From assembly GCF_009914755.1 (NCBI RefSeq), contig NC_060932.1: a DNA stretch of 64,000 nt. One strand, given 5' to 3'. Each line of letters begins with the position of its first letter. Positions within the stretch are counted from its first letter, which is position 1. The notes beneath the pieces are model-generated. The model was not told the DNA's origin. It searched no databases and worked only from the letters and a program-made list of their open reading frames with translations. This stretch comes from the human T2T-CHM13v2.0 reference genome, Homo sapiens. The position numbers and the translations under genes were made by a program. Below, in pieces: positions 59,524 through 64,000 of this stretch.

Positions 59524-60127
59524 CCAAACCTCTAAATTGTATGCTTGTGGAAACATATCTCATACTGTCTTAAGGATCAGGTTTTGCAGGGTTACATTTT
59601 TAGAAGCTTCAAGGTAAATGTACATCTCAGCTTTCTCTAGTAAGTCGCAGGACTGTGAAGAGAAGGTAGGGAAACCAAGAATAAAAGTTGTGGCTGGGTC
59701 TTTTGAATTTGACCCCTAGCAGCACTGGACAAAATGCTATGTATACTGAGCACACCCATTAAAAATTTTGGGAATGAATGAAGGTGCCTGGGTACCCTTT
59801 GACTGTGACTGAGTCCCTTCCACGTGTCCAAGTGCAGTGCAGAACCTGTAACACATTAGGTCAACATTCCTGGAGGAAATTGTGATGCTGTCTGGTAGCC
59901 AAGAAATAAATACATGAGCAGGTACACAATGAAATAAGATAATAAAATTTGTCAAAAGGTACATGATAAATTTCTTTATGAGAAGTACTACAAAAGGTTC
60001 TGTGAGTTCAGAGGAGAGATTAATTTGGCTGGAATAAGGAAAAAACAACAACAAAAACCCAGAATGTAAGTTATCTTCTTGAAGTTAAACATTAGAGGAA
60101 GATTAGATGTGATCGAATAGGCAGAGA

Positions 60128-61232
<1,105 letters not shown>

Positions 61233-61574
61233 GAAAGAAGGGAAGAAACACAATCGAAGGGATTGTCTTGAACAATAACTCAGAAGAGACACGCTTCCTT
61301 TTTAACAGTTTGTGTTCGTGGAGAATTGAGAGAACTGAGACTGGAGCTCCCTCATCCTCCCCTCACCAAAGCATCCACCCTACTAGCATCTGCCCTCTTA
61401 TGCTTTGTCTTCATTTCTGCTATTTTAAGGTATATTTGCTCCTATCAAAGGCCAACTTCTCCTTTCTTCCCAACAATTTAGCCTTTGCGATGACCCTTTC
61501 TTCTTTCTTTTTCTCTCTTGCTTTCTCTATTTCTCTCTCACTGTTGGATCATTTCTATTTGAATATAAATGTAG

Positions 61575-61990
<416 letters not shown>

Positions 61991-62029
61991 TCACCTTGTG
62001 TTTTCTGGAGTCCATTCCAATTGGACGTC

Positions 62030-62340
<311 letters not shown>

Positions 62341-62685
62341 AATAATAATTGGACTTCTATTTCCACCACTCCACTGTAATGGTTCTTGTCAAATCACTAC
62401 ATTCATTGATCACTTTTCTAGCTTCATCTTTCTGAGCTACCAGCAGAATCAAATGTAGTATAACATAGCATTTAACGTATCTCCTCACTGGAGGGCTTTG
62501 CTCCCATTACTTCTGAGAGCCCACAGTTTCTTTGCTTTTCTCCTACCTTGATTCTTTCTTCTTGTCAGTCTCCTTAGTTGGTTTCTCTCCTGACTAATTT
62601 CTTAATGTTGATTCTCTGTACTCAATCTCCAGGTAATTTCAACTGGTGCCATGACAGAGGGCTGTTGAGAAAAAAATTTCTGATA

Positions 62686-62924
62686 CAGTTTGAGCTTCCC
62701 AAATCAAAAAATTCCAAATCCAAAATACTCCAAAATCCAAAACTTTTTGGGTGCTGACATGATGCTCAATAGAAATGCTCGTTGGAGCATTTTGGATTTC
62801 AGATTTTTGGATTAGAGATGTTCAACCAGTATGTATTCTGCAAGTATTTCAACATCCAAAACAAAATTCTGAAACCCAGAATATTTCTGGTCCCAAGCAT
62901 TTCAGATAAGGGATACTCACCCTG
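62686..62924 (+). mobile_element. Tigger4a (MER46)
   Basis: cagtttgagc...tactcaccctg flanked by TA. Confidence 0.85.
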
Positions 62925-63499
62925 TAGTAGCACATTCTTTTCTTACCTGAAGAAAATGGGCAATCGCCATTCCCTTACACATGTTATGACTGCCTTCATG
63001 CTTTTAAGCTTCCTGTCCTCTCTGTCTAAAATGCCTTCCTACCTTTCTACCACCATTTCTTCCTGTGAAAATCCTACCTGTCCTTTAAATTCCCATTCAA
63101 AACTTATTTGAAGTCTTTTTAATGCACCCAAGTGGAATTTATCTCACATTCACTTACTCAGTACATATTTATTTCACATCAGTGTATGTCACGCATTCAG
63201 CTGGGCATTAGTGGGTAGGTGCCTTTGAGACTATGGTTGGATAGGGATGTGAACAGTGACCCCATTTTACCTTATAAGGCCTGTCTCCCTCTTTGGGTTA
63301 GAATCTCCTTGGGAACAGAAACAGTGACTTGTTGGTCTTTATATCCACATTGCCACTAAATACAGTGTCTTGCACTTAGCAGTTGCCCAGTAAATGTTTG
63401 TTGAATTGAATATTGTGCTTTCTTTTGTCAGCATGTGTATCTATTTTGATTTGTTATACTGTAAATAAAAGAAAACTCAGTCAATAGTTGGAGTACATT

Positions 63500-63920
63500 T
63501 CCTCATCATTGGCATGGATGGCACAGATGTTAATAAAAGCCTGACTTTTCTCTTAGACTTGTAGCCTTTTGATCACAAGATCACGTTCCATCACCATGAT
63601 TGTACTCAGCTTCTGAGGAGAAATAAGGAGGAAGGGCAGGGCCAGCCTTGTGTGTTTCTCTTATTAGTAAACCAAAAGCACTCCCAGAAATGCACACCAA
63701 TCTTCCAGGCCAGAATTCTTGCATAGCAGCAGTGGAGACTGGGCAAACAAGTGCTTCACTCTTACAGCCTCAATATTGCCAAGCCGCCAGGCAGAAGCAG
63801 GTTGGGAATGGCTCCCGGGTCAGTCAATCTGCAACGTGTACCCCATTACTAAAATGAAAACTAGCCAGGAATACATATTGATACTTATTCTTAAGGAAGA
63901 TGACACCTGAGACTATTATT
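63500..63920 (-). mobile_element. Old MLT1-type LTR fragment
   Basis: ggccagaa..gcagtggagactggg motifs; weak. Confidence 0.4.
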
Positions 63921-64000
63921 TTTTTCTTTACATCGTCTTCATTAAAAGGTATTGACTATTTATTGTATGCCAGGAAATGTTCTAGGTACTAGAGACTCAG

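Overview
This is mammalian, Alu-rich primate DNA and most likely human. It holds the 5' part of NSMAF (FAN, the neutral sphingomyelinase activation-associated BEACH/WD40 protein) on the minus strand. I assembled coding exons 1-13 by hand (1045 nt, 348 codons + 1 nt; every intron is GT-AG and all phases are consistent), from the ATG at 56810 down to 368. The gene continues past the window start. A CpG island promoter lies at about 56.05-57.13 kb and contains a second, phase-compatible first exon (56374-56525). The rest is mostly transposon-derived: Alu, L1, L2, MIR, CR1/L3, MaLR/ERV1 LTRs, Tigger and hAT MERs, plus U2 and U13 retro-fragments. I see no evidence of an undescribed multi-gene system. 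The most interesting signals are an apparent L1 3' transduction, a twin-primed inverted L1, a multi-layer TE nest, a tailless U2 retrocopy antisense to the pre-mRNA, a near-perfect 140-bp Alu duplication upstream of the promoter, and a candidate recursive-splice exon. Repeat family names come from my recall of consensus sequences, and TE boundaries are approximate unless TSDs are quoted.
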